64,000 nucleotides of DNA from the human T2T-CHM13v2.0 reference genome, Homo sapiens. Position 1 is the stretch's first letter; the number at the start of each line of letters is the position of its first letter. Under the pieces are notes generated by a model, which saw only the letters and a program-made list of their open reading frames with translations, did not search any database and was not told where the DNA came from. Of this stretch, positions 1-12,200 are shown piece by piece. The stretch is taken from assembly GCF_009914755.1 (NCBI RefSeq), contig NC_060938.1. One strand, written 5' to 3'. The position numbers were made by a program, and so were the translations under genes.

Positions 1-720
1 CCACTCCGTTCCACTCCCCTACACTCCACTCCACTCCATTTCATTCCACTCCACTCCATTCTATTCCATTCCATTCCTCTCCACTACATTCCATTCCAAT
101 CCATCAAATTCCATTCCATTCCACTGCACTGTGACCCACTCCTCTCAATTCCACTCCACTCCATTCCATTCCATTCCACTCCATTCTGTTCCATTCAATT
201 CCATACCGTTCCATTCCATTCCATTCCACTCCACTCCCTTCCATTCCACTTCATTCCACTCCACTCCCTTCCATTCCACTCCATTCCACTCCACTCCACA
301 CAACTCCTCACAACTCCAGTCAATTCCACTCAATTCCACCAAACTCCTCTCCACTCACTACACTCCATTCCAGTCCATTTCATTCCATTCAATTCAAGTG
401 CACTCCGATCCACTCCAATGAACTCCACTCCACTCCACCCCACTCCTTTCCATTCTCTTCCATTCTGTTCCATTCCATTCCAATCCATTCAATTCCACTC
501 CACTCCATTCCACTCCACTCCATTTCACTACATTCCACTCCATTCCATTGCAATCCACTGCATTCCACTCCACTCCATTCCCTCCCTTTCCACTGCATTC
601 CATTCCATTAAACTCCACTCCACTCCATTTCACTCCATTCCACTCCACTCCACTCCATTCCACTCCATTCCATTTCACTCCAACCCATTCCATTTCATTT
701 TACTCCATACCTTTCCATTC

Positions 721-785
721 CTTTATTTTGACTGGATCTAACTTTGTCACCCAGACTGTAGTGCAGTTGCAGAATCTTAGCTCAC
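721..785 (-). repeat. ~65-bp Alu-derived spacer in HSat3 (copy 1), matching the 3' end of an Alu arm (AluJ-like)
   Basis: CTTTATTTTGACTGGATCTAACTTTGTCACCCAGACTGTAGTGCAGTTGCAGAATCTTAGCTCAC aligns by eye to antisense Alu TTTTGAGACAGGGTCTCNCTCTGTCACCCAGGCTGGAGTGCAGTGGCGCGATCTCGGCTCAC. Confidence 0.8.
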
Positions 786-1662
786 ATTTCATTTCACTAT
801 TCCATTCCATTCCATTCCATTCCATTCCACTCCACTCCACTCCACCCTACTCCATTCCACTCCACTACACTACACACCACTCCCCTCCACTTCACTCTGT
901 TCCATTCAACTTCACTCCATTCCATTCCATTCCATTCCAGTACACTCTGATCCACTCCACTCAACTCCACTCCACTTCACTCCACTCCTCTCCATTACTT
1001 TCCTTTCCATTCTGTTGCATGCCATTCCACTCCATTCCATTCGACTCCATTTCACTCCACTCCATTTCACTCCATTCTACCCCATTCCACTCCACTCCAA
1101 TCCACTCCTTTCCATTCCATGCCACTAAATTCCATTCCAAACCATTCCACTTCGTTCCACTCCACTCTGTTGCACTCCAATCCATTCCACTCTACTCCAC
1201 TCCGCTCAACTCCACTCCACTCCACTTCAATCCACTCCACTACATTCCATTCCATTCTATTCCATTCCATTCCATTCCATTCCATTATACTCAACTCCAT
1301 TACCTTCCCCTCCATTCCACTCCAATCCACTCCTCTCTGCTACACACCAGTCCATTCCATTCCACTCTACTCCACTTCACTCGACTCCATTCTGTTCCAT
1401 TCAGTTCCATTCCATTCCGTTCTGTGCCACTCCACACCATTGCTTTCCATTTCACTCCATTCCACTCCACTCCTGTTCACTACATTCCACTCCATTCCAC
1501 TCCACTCCATTCCTGTGCATTGCATTCCATTCCATTCCACTGCACTCTGATCCACTCCTGTCAACTCCATTCCTCTACAGTCTGTTCCACTCCACTCCAT
1601 TGCACACCATTCCATACCACTGCACTCCATTCCATTCCATTCGACTCCATTCCATTTCACTC

Positions 1663-1727
1663 CTTTATTTGGATTGGGACTCTCTCTGTCACCCAGATTG
1701 GAGTGCAGTTGCACAATCTTAGCTCAC
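1663..1727 (-). repeat. ~65-bp Alu-derived spacer in HSat3 (copy 2)
   Basis: CTTTATTTGGATTGGGACTCTCTCTGTCACCCAGATTGGAGTGCAGTTGCACAATCTTAGCTCAC; same boundaries as copy 1. Confidence 0.85.
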
Positions 1728-2293
1728 ATATCATTTCACCATTCCATTCCATTCCATTCTATTCCATTCCACTGCACTGCAATACACTGCACTCAACTCT
1801 ACGCCACTCCAATCCACTCCACTATGTTCCATTCCATTCTATTCTGTTCATTCCGTTCCATTCCGTTCCATTCTGTTCCATTCCGTTCCATTACATTCCA
1901 TTCCACTCCACTCCATTCCCTTCCCCCACATTCCACTCCAATCCACTCCACTCCACTACACACGGGTCCATTCCATTCCAATCCACCCCTCTTCATTCCA
2001 CTTCACTCCACTCCATTCCATTCTATTCCGTTCCTTTCCATTCTGTTCCTTTCCATTCCACACCATTCCATTCCACTCCACTCCATTCCACTCCACACCT
2101 GTTCACTCCATTCCACTCCATTACACTACACTCCTTTCCTGCCCATTGCATTCCATTCCATTCCACTGCACTCTGATCCACTCCAGTCAACTCCACTACA
2201 CTGCACTCTGTTCCACTCCACTCCAATCCATTGCACTCCATTCCATAACACTGCACTCCATTCCATTCCATTCGACTCCATTTCATTCCACTC

Positions 2294-2358
2294 CTTTATT
2301 TCGACTGGCTCTCTCTCTGTCACCCAGACTTCAGTGCAGTTGCACGATCTTAGCTCAA
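2294..2358 (-). repeat. ~65-bp Alu-derived spacer in HSat3 (copy 3)
   Basis: CTTTATTTCGACTGGCTCTCTCTCTGTCACCCAGACTTCAGTGCAGTTGCACGATCTTAGCTCAA; same boundaries. Confidence 0.85.
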
Positions 2359-5300
2359 ATATCATTTCACCATTCCCTTCCATTTCATTCCATTCCATTA
2401 TATTCCATTCCCCTCCATTCCATTCCATTCCACACCACTCCATTCCATTCCATTCCACCCCATTCCATTTCATTCCACTCCATTCTATTCCATGCCACTA
2501 GATTCCATTATATTTCACTCCACTGCACTGCAATACATTCCACTCCACTCCATTCCTTTCCACTACAATCCACTCCACTCCACTCCATTCCATTCCATTC
2601 CATTCCATTCCATTCCATTCCATTCCCCTGCACTCCGATACACTTCACTCAATTCTAATCCACTCCACTCCACTCAGTTGCGTTCCCTTCCATTCCATTC
2701 CATTCCTTTCCACTAAACTCCATTCCACTCAACTCCATTCCTTCCACTCCACTCCGCAAAACTCCATTCCACTCCATTCCACTCCACTCTGTTCCACTCC
2801 ATTCCACTCTACTCCACTCCACTCTGTTCCACTCCACTCCACTCTGTTCCACTCCATTCCACTCCATTCCACTCGATTCCACTCCACTTCACTCCACTCC
2901 ACTCCACTGCACACCACTCTACTCCATTTCTTTCCGTTCCATTCCTTTCCTATCTATTCCATTCGGTTCCATTCCATTCCAATCCACTCCACGCCACTCC
3001 ACTCCATTTCATCCATTTCACTCCACTCCACTCCATTCCACTCGACTCCATTGCATTGCACTTCATTCCATTCCATTCCACTCCACTCCATTCCATTCCA
3101 TTCCGTTCCAATCCATTCCACTGCACTCTGATCCACTGCCATCAACTCCACTCCACTTCACTCCACTCCGTTGCATTCCGTTCCATTCCATTCCATTTCA
3201 TTGCATTCCATTCCATTCCATTCCATTCCACTGCACTCCGATCCACTACACTCAATTTCAATCCACTCCACTCCACCGCAATACCATTCCATTCCGTTGC
3301 ATACCACTCCATTCTATTCCATTCCACACCATTCCATGCCAATCCATTAAACTCCTTTCCATTTCATTCCACTCCATTCCATTCCATTCCTCTGCATTCC
3401 ATTGCATTCCACTCCACTCCACTACAATCTACTGTACTCCACTGCATTTCATTCCATTCCACTACACTACACTACACTACACTGTACTCCATTCCATTCC
3501 ATTCCATTCTGCTCCACTCCCTTCCATTCCATTCCATTTGATTCCATTCCATTCCATTCCAATGCACTCTGATCTACTGCACTCAAGACAACTCCACTCC
3601 ACTCAATTCCATTCCATTCCATTCCATTCCATTCCATTCCATTGCATTCCATTACATTCCACTCCATTCCATTGCATTGCATTCCATTACATTCCACTCC
3701 ATTCCTGTCCATTCCATTCCATGCCTTTCCACTCCATTCCATTCCAATCCAATCCACTCCAGTGCATTCCATTCCACTCCACTCCATTCCGTTCCACTCC
3801 ACAACATTCCATTCCTTTCCATTCCATTCCATTCCATTCCATTCCATTCCATTCCTTTCTATTCCATTCCATTCCGTTCCATTCTATTCCACTCCACTCC
3901 ATTCCATTCCAATAAATTCCATTCCATTCCACACCATCCACTCCACTCCAATCCACTCCACTCCAGTCCACTCCATTTCATTCCATTCTATTCCATTCCA
4001 CTCCACTCCACTACATTCCATTCCATTGCATTCCATTCCATTCCGTTCCATTCCACTGCACTCCTATCCACTGCACTCAACTCCACTCCATTCCACTCCA
4101 CTCCATTCTGTTCCATTCCATTCCATGCCGTTCCATTTCATTCCATTTCTTTCTGTTCCATTCCATTCCATTCCACTCCACTCCATTCATTTCTTCTCCA
4201 TTCCACTCCAATCCACTCCACTCCACTCCAATCCATTCCATTCCGTTCCATTCCATTCTGTTCTATTCCAGTCCTTTCCACTGCATTCCATTCCATTCCA
4301 CTCCATTCCATTTCACTCCATTCCACTCAATTCCTCTCCATTCCATTCTACTCCACTCCACTCCATTCCATTTCTCTCCTACATTCCATTCCATTCCACT
4401 CCACTTCATTCCACCCCACCCCATTCCATTCCACTCCACTCTACTCCATTCCACTCCTCTCCACTCCACTTCTCTCCACTCCATTCCATTTAACTCCATT
4501 CCATTCCATTCCACTCCATTCCATTCCATTCCATTCCATTCTACTCCACTCCTTTCCATTCCATTCCACTCGATTCCACTCCACACCACTCCATTCCACT
4601 CAATTCCATTCCACTCCACTCCATTCCATTCTATTACATTCCATTCCATTCCAGTCCGCTTCATTCCACTCCAGTCCAGTCCTCTCCATTCCATTACATT
4701 CTATTTCATTCCAACCAACTCGGTTCCATTCCATTCCATTTCACTGCACTCCGATCCACTCCACTCAACTCCGCTCTACTCCACTCCACTCCTTTTCATT
4801 CCATTCCATGCCACACCACTCAATTCAATTCCTTTCCATTCCATTCCACTCCATTCCATTCCATTCCATTCCATTCCATTCCATTCCTTTCCACTGCACT
4901 GTGATCCACTCCACTCAATTCCACTCCACTCCTGTCCACTCTGTTCCTTTCCATTCCATTCCATTCCACTCCATTCCATTCCAGTCGGTTCCATTCCATT
5001 CCATTCCATGCCACTCCTTTCCATTCAACTTCATTGCACTCCATTCCACACCACTCCACTCCACTTCACTCTGTTCCATTCTGTTCCGTCACATTCTGTT
5101 CTGTTCCGTTCCATTCCACTCCATTCCATTCCACTACACTCCATTCCACTCCAATCAATTTCACTCCATTCCACTCCATTCAACTCCAATCCTCTCCACT
5201 CCACTCCACTCAGTACCTTTCCACTCCATTCCATTCCACTCCATTCTATTCCATTCTGTTCTGCTCCTTTCCATTCCACCCCTCTCCATTCCACTCCACT

Positions 5301-5366
5301 CCATTCCACTCCACTCCACTGCATTCCACTCCATTCCATCCCATTCCACTCCTTTCCATTCCATTC

Positions 5367-5424
5367 CTTTATTTCGAAGGGATCGCACACTTTCTACCAG
5401 ACTGGAGTGCAGTGGCACAATCTT
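5367..5424 (-). repeat. Alu-derived spacer in HSat3 (copy 4), interrupted by AluY; resumes at 5725-5747
   Basis: CTTTATTTCGAAGGGATC...CCAGACTGGAGTGCAGTGGCACAATCTT, then AluY, then GCAGTGGCACAATCTTATCTCACATTTCATTTCAC, matching the right end of the other spacers. Confidence 0.8.
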
Positions 5425-5743
<319 letters not shown>

Positions 5744-7255
5744 TCACATTTCATTTCACTATTCCATTCATTCCAATCCATTCCGTTCCCTTCCACTCCA
5801 ATCCACTCCACTGCATTCCAATACATTCCATTCCATTCCACTCAACTCCATTCCATTCCATTCCATTCTACTGCACTTCGATCCACTCAAGTCTACTCTG
5901 CTCCACCCCACTCCACTCCATTTCGTTCCTTTCCATTCCATTGCATTCCATTCCATTGCATTCAGTTCCATTCCATTCCATTCAATTCCACTCCACTCCA
6001 TTCCATTCCACTCCATTCCACTCCATTCCACTCCACTCCATTCCACTAAATTTCATTCCATTCCACTGTACTCCTCTTCTCTCCACTCAACTCTACTCCA
6101 CTCCACTCCACTCCATTCTGTTCCAATCCATTCCATTCCTTTCTGTTCCATTCCATTCCACTCCATTCCATTCCACTATAATCCATTTTACTCCATTACA
6201 CTCCACTCCACTCCACTCAACTCCACTCCACTACACTCCTCTCTACTGCATTCCAGTCAACTCCACTCCATTCCATGCCACTCCATTCCATTCCACTCCA
6301 CTCCACTCCATTCCACTCCACTCCATTCCATTCCACTCCACTCCTTTCCATTCCACTCCACTCCTTTCCATTCCACTCCACTCCATCCCATTCTTTTCCA
6401 TTCCATTGCATTCCATTACATTCCACTCCACTCCTTTCCATTCCACTCCACTCAATCCCATTCTTTTCCATTCCATTCCATTCCATTCCTTTCCATTCCA
6501 TTCCATTCCATTCCATTCCACTGCACTGCGATCCACTCCACTCAACTCCTCTCCACTGTACTCCATTCTGTTCCGTTCCGTTGCGTTCCATTCCTTTCCA
6601 TTCCATTCAATTTCATTCCATTCCATTCTATTCGTCTCCACTCCATGCCATTCCACTCCATTCCACTCCACTCCACTCCACTGCACTCCAATCCACTCCA
6701 CTCCACTCCCTTACATTCCATTCCATTCCATTGCACTGCATTCCTATCCACTCCACTCAACTCCACTGCACTCCACTCCACTTCATTCCACTGTGTTGCA
6801 TTCCATTTCATTGATTTCCTCTCCGTTCCATTCCACTCCATTCCATTCCACTTCACTCGATTCCACTCCACTCCATTTCACTCCATTCCACTCCACTCCA
6901 CTCCATTCCATTCCTTTCCACTCCATTCCATTCAATTCCATTCCATACCATTCCACTCCATTTAACTCCACTTCACTCCACTCCACTCCAATCCCCTCCA
7001 CTCCACTCCAATCCACTCCACTCCACTCCATTCCATTCCACTCCTCTCCATTCCATTCCACTCCATTCTATTCCACTTCACTCTGCTCCATTCCATTCCA
7101 TTACACTACACTCCATTCCATTCCATTTTTTTGAAATCCACTCCATTCCATTTCTCTCCATTCCACTCCAATCCACTCCACTCCACTTCACTCTACTCCA
7201 TTCCATTCCATTCCATTCCATTCCATTCCATTCCATTCCATTCCACTGCACTCCG

Positions 7256-8027
7256 ATCTTCACATAAAATGTAGACAGAAGTTTTCTGAGAAAGTTTTCT
7301 GTGATGTGTGCATTCATCTCACAGATGTGAACCATTCTTTTGTTTGAGCAGTTTGGTAACATTCTTTTTGTAGAATCTGCAAAAGGATATTTGTGAGCAC
7401 TTTGAAGCCTATGGTGAAAAAGGAAATATCTTCAGAGAAAAACTAGAAAGAAGGTTTCTGAGAAACTGCTTTGTCACGTGTGAATTAGTCTCACAGATTT
7501 GAACCTTTCTGTTGATTGAACATATTGGAAATCGTCTTTTTGTAGAATCTGCAAAGGGATATTTGTGAACACTTGGAGGCCAATGGTGAAAAAGGAAATA
7601 TATTCACATGAAAACTAGACAGAATCTTTCTGAGACACTTCTGTGTTTGGAGTGCACTCATCTCAAACAGTTAAACCATTCTTTTGATTGAGCAGTTTGG
7701 AAACAGTCTTTTTGTAGGATCAGCAATGAGATATTTGTGAGTGCTTTGAGGCCTATGGCGAAAAAGGAAATATCTTCACATAAAAACTAGACAGAAGGTT
7801 TCTGAGAAACTGCTTTGTAATGTGTGCATTCATCTCCAAGCAGTAAACGTTTCTTTTCATTGAGCAGATGGGAAACTCTTTTCTTGTAGAATCTGCAAAG
7901 GGATATTTGTGAGTGCTTTGAGGCCTATGGTGAAAAAGGAAATATCTTCATATAAAATGTAGACAGAAGCTTTCTGAGAAATTTATTTGTGATGTGTGCA
8001 TTCTTCTCATAGAGTTGAACCATTCTT
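7256..8027 (+). repeat. Monomeric alpha satellite
   Basis: ~171-bp units: TCTGAGAAACT...GTGATGTGTGCATTCATCTCACAGA...GAGGCCTATGGTGAAAAAGGAAATATCTTCACATAAAAACTAGACAGAAG. Confidence 0.97.
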
Positions 8028-9206
8028 CTCTTTTTTTTTTTTTTTTTGGAGCTCTGGGTTTATTTATTTATTTATTTACTTTTATTATTATTATATTTTA
8101 ATTTTTAGGGAACATGTGTACAACGTGCAAGTTTGTTACACATGTATACATGTGCCATATTTGTGTGCTGCACCCATGAACTCATCATTTAACATTAGGT
8201 ATATCTCCTAAGGCTATCCCTCCCCCTCCCCACACCTGACTACAGTTCCTGGTGTGTGGTGTGTGATGTTTCCCTTCCTGTGTCCATGTGTTTTCTTTGA
8301 TCAACTCCCAACTATGAGTGAGAACATGTGGTGTTTTATTTTTTGTCCTTGCGATAGTTCACTGAGAATGATGGTTTCCAGCTTCATCCATGTCCCTACA
8401 AAGGACATCAACTCATCAATTTTTATGGCTGCATGGTGTTCCATGATGTATATGTGCCACATTTTCTTCATCCAGTCTATCGTGGTTGAACATTTACGTT
8501 GGTTCCAAGTCTTTGCTATTGTGAATAGTGCCACTATAAACATACGTGTGCATGTGTCTTTATAGCAGCATGATTTATAATCCTTTGGGTATATACCCAG
8601 TAATGGCATGGCTGGGTCAAATGATTTCTAGTTCTAGATCCCTGAGGAATCTCCATACCAACTTCCACAATGGTTGAACTAGTTTACAGTCCCATTAACA
8701 GTGCAAAAATATTCCTATTTCTCACATCCTCTCCAGCACCTGTTGTTTCCTGACTTTTTAATGATTGCCATTCTAACTGGCATGAGATGGTATCTCATTG
8801 TGGTTTTGACTTGCATTTCTCTGATGGCCAGTGGAGATGAGCATTTTTTCATTTGTTCATTGGCTGCATAAATGTCTTCTTTTGAGAAATGTCTGTTCAT
8901 ATCCTTCGCCCACTTTTTGATGGGGTTGTTTGCTTTTTCCTGTAAATTTGTCTGAGTTCATTGTAGATTCTAGATATTAGCCCTTTTTCAGATGAGTAGT
9001 TTGCAAAAATTTTCTCCCATTCCGTAGGATGCCTGTTCACTCTGATGGTGGTTTCTTTTGCTGTGCAGAAGCTCCTTAGTTTAATGAGATCCCATTTGTC
9101 AATTGTGGCTTTTGTTGACATTGCTTTAGGTGTTTTAGACATGAAGTACTTGCCCACGCCTATGTCCTGAATGGTATTGCCTAGGTTTTCTTCTAGAGAT
9201 TTTATG
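8028..9206 (-). mobile_element. 5'-truncated L1PA (L1PA4/5-like): ORF2 C-terminal part, 3' UTR and double tail
   Basis: ORF fragments [24 protein letters not shown] and [16 protein letters not shown] on the minus strand; TSD TGAA(C/A)CATTCTT at 8016-8027 and 9207-9218; GGTTTCCAGCTTCATCC variant points to an older L1PA (subfamily is inference). Confidence 0.93.
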
Positions 9207-12200
9207 TGAAACATTCTTTTGATTAATCAATTTGGATACTCTGTTGTTGTAGAATCTGCAAGGAGATATTTGTGAGCTCTTTGAGGCCTATGGTGAAAAA
9301 GGAAATATCTTCACCTAAAAACTAGACAGAAGCATTCTGAGAAACTTCTTTGTGATGTATGCATTCGTCTCACAGAGTTGAACCTTTCTTCTCATTGAGC
9401 AGTTTCAAAACAGTCCTTTTGTAGAATCAGCAAAGGGATATTTGTGAGCTCATTGAAGTCCATGGTGAAATAGGAAATATCTTCATATAAAAACTAGTCA
9501 GAAGATTTCTGGAAACTTATTTGCGATGTGTGCTTCCATCTCACAGAGTTGAACCTTTCTTTTGATTGAGCAGTTTGAAAACACACTTTTTATAGAATCT
9601 GCAAATGGATATTTGGAGCACTTTGAGGACTATGGTGAAAAAGGAAATATCTTCACTTAAAAACTAGAAAGCAACATTTTATGAAACTTCTTTGTGATGT
9701 GTGCTTTCATCTCACATAGTTGAACCTTTCTATTCATTGAGTAGTTTGGAAATCATCTTTTGTAGAATCTGCAAATGGATAATTGGAGTGGTTTGAGGCC
9801 TTCACGAGAAAGGAAATATCTTCACATAAAAACTAGACAGAAGCATTCTGAGAAACTTCTTGGTGACGTGTGCATTTACCACACAGAGTTGAACCCTTCT
9901 GTTGATTGAACAGTTTGGTAACAGTCTTTTTGTAGTATCTGTAGAGGGATGTTTGTGAGCAGTTTGAGGCCTATGGTGAGCAAGGAAATATCTTCACATA
10001 AAAACTAGACAGAAGCTTTCTGAGAAACTTCTTTGTGATGTGTGAATTAATCTCAGAGTGTTGAACCTGTCTTTGGATTGAGCAGTTTGTAAACAATCCT
10101 TTTGTAGAATCTGCAAAGGTATATTTCTGAGCCCATTGAGGCCTATGGTGAAATACGAAATATCTTCCCATAAAAACGAGACAGAAGGTTTCTAAGAAAC
10201 TTCTTTGTGATGTGTGCTTCCATCTCACAGAGTTGAACTTTTCTTTCGATTGAGCAGTTTGGAAACACTCTTTTTGTAGAATCTGCAAATGTATATTTGG
10301 AGCATATTGAGGCCTATGGTAAAAAAGGAAATATCATCACATAAAAATTCGATGGAAGAATTCTGAGAAACTTCTTTGTGAGGTTTGCATTCATCTCACA
10401 CATTTGAACATTTCTTTGATTGAAGATTTGGAAACAGTCTTTTTGTAAAATCTACAAAGGGATAATTGTGAACCCTTTGAGGCCTAGGGTGAAGTAGGAA
10501 ATATCTTCACATAAAAACTACACAGAAATTTTCTGAGAAACCTTTTAGTGATGCGTGCATTCATCTCACAGAGTTGAACCTTTCCTTTGCTAGAGCAGTT
10601 TGGAAACAGTCCTATTGTAGAATCCCCAAAGGGGTACTTCTCAGCCGATTGAGGCCTTTGGTGATATTGGAAATATCTTCACATAAAAGCTAGACAGAAG
10701 CTTTCTGAGAAACTTATTTTTAATGAGTGCTTTCATCTCAAAGAGTTAAGTGTTTCTTTTGAATGAGCAGTTTGGAAATACTCTTTTTGCATAATCTGCA
10801 AATGGATAATTGGAGTGTTTTGAGGCCTCTGGTGAAAAAGGAAATATCTTCACATAAAAACTAAACAGAAGTTTTCTGGGAAACTAATTTGTAATGTGTG
10901 CATTCATCTCACAGTGTTGAAAACTTCTTTTGATTGAGCAGTTTGTAAACAGTCTTTTTGTAGAATCTGCAAATGGATATTTGGAGTGCTTTGAGGCCTA
11001 TGGTGAAAAAGGAAATATCTTCCAAAAAAAACTAGAAAGAAACATTCTGAGAAACTTCCTTGTGATATGTGCTTTCATCTCACAGAGTTGAACCTTTCTT
11101 TTCATTGAGCGGTTTGGAAACAGACTTTTTATAGAATCTGGAAATGCATATTTGGAGAGCTTTGAGGTCTATGGAGAAAAAGGAAATACCTTCAGATAAA
11201 CACTAAACAGAATCTTTCTGAGAAACTCCTTTGTGATGCCTGCATTCACATCACAGAGCTGAAACTTTATTTTGATTTAGCATTTTGTAAACAGTCTTTT
11301 GGTAGAATCTGCAAATGGATACTTGGAGTGATTTGAGGCCTATGGTGAAAAAGGAAATATCTTCACAAAAAATCTAGAAAGATACTTTCTGAGAAACTTC
11401 TTTGTGATGTGTGCTTTCACCTCACAGAGTTGAAACTTTCTTTTCATTGAGCAACTTGGAAACAGTCTTTTTGTGGAATCTGCAAATGGATATTTGGAGC
11501 ACTTTGAGGCTTATGGTGAAAAAGGAAATATCTCACATAAACCCTAGACAGAAGTATTCTGAGAAACTTCTTTGTCTTGTGTCCATTCACCTCACAGAGT
11601 TGAAACTTTCTTTGGATTGAGCAGTTTGGAAACAGTCTTTTTGTAGAATCTGTGAAAAATATTTTTGAGCCCTTTATGGCCCATGGTGAAACAGGAAATA
11701 TCCTCAAAGAAAAACTAGACAGAAGCTTTCTGAGAAACTTCTTTGTGATGCGTGCTTTCAACACATGGAGTTGTACCTTTCTTTTGATTGAGCAGTTTGG
11801 AAACAGTCTTTTTGCGGAATCAGCAAATGGATGTTTGGAGCGCTTTGAGGCCTATGGTGAAAAAGTAAATACCTTCACATAAAAAATAGACAGAAGCATT
11901 GTGAGAAACATCTCTGTGATATGTGCATTCATCTCATACGGTTGAATCCTTTTTTGATTGAGGGGTTTGTAAACAGTCTTTTTGTGGAATCAGCAAGTGG
12001 ATGTTTGGAGTGCTTGGAGGCCTATGGTGAAAAAGGAAATACCTTCACATAAAAAATAGACAGAAGGATTGTGAGAAACATCTATGTGATGTGTGCATTC
12101 ATCTCATAGAGTTGAACCTTTCTTTGATTGAGCAGTTTGGAAACAGTCCTTTTGTAGAATCTACAAAGGAGGGATATTTCTGAGCCCATTGAAGACTAGG

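Noticed and set aside
7121-7140. TTTTTTTGAA as a fifth Alu spacer
   Set aside because: Only ~10 bases; no following Alu-like sequence.
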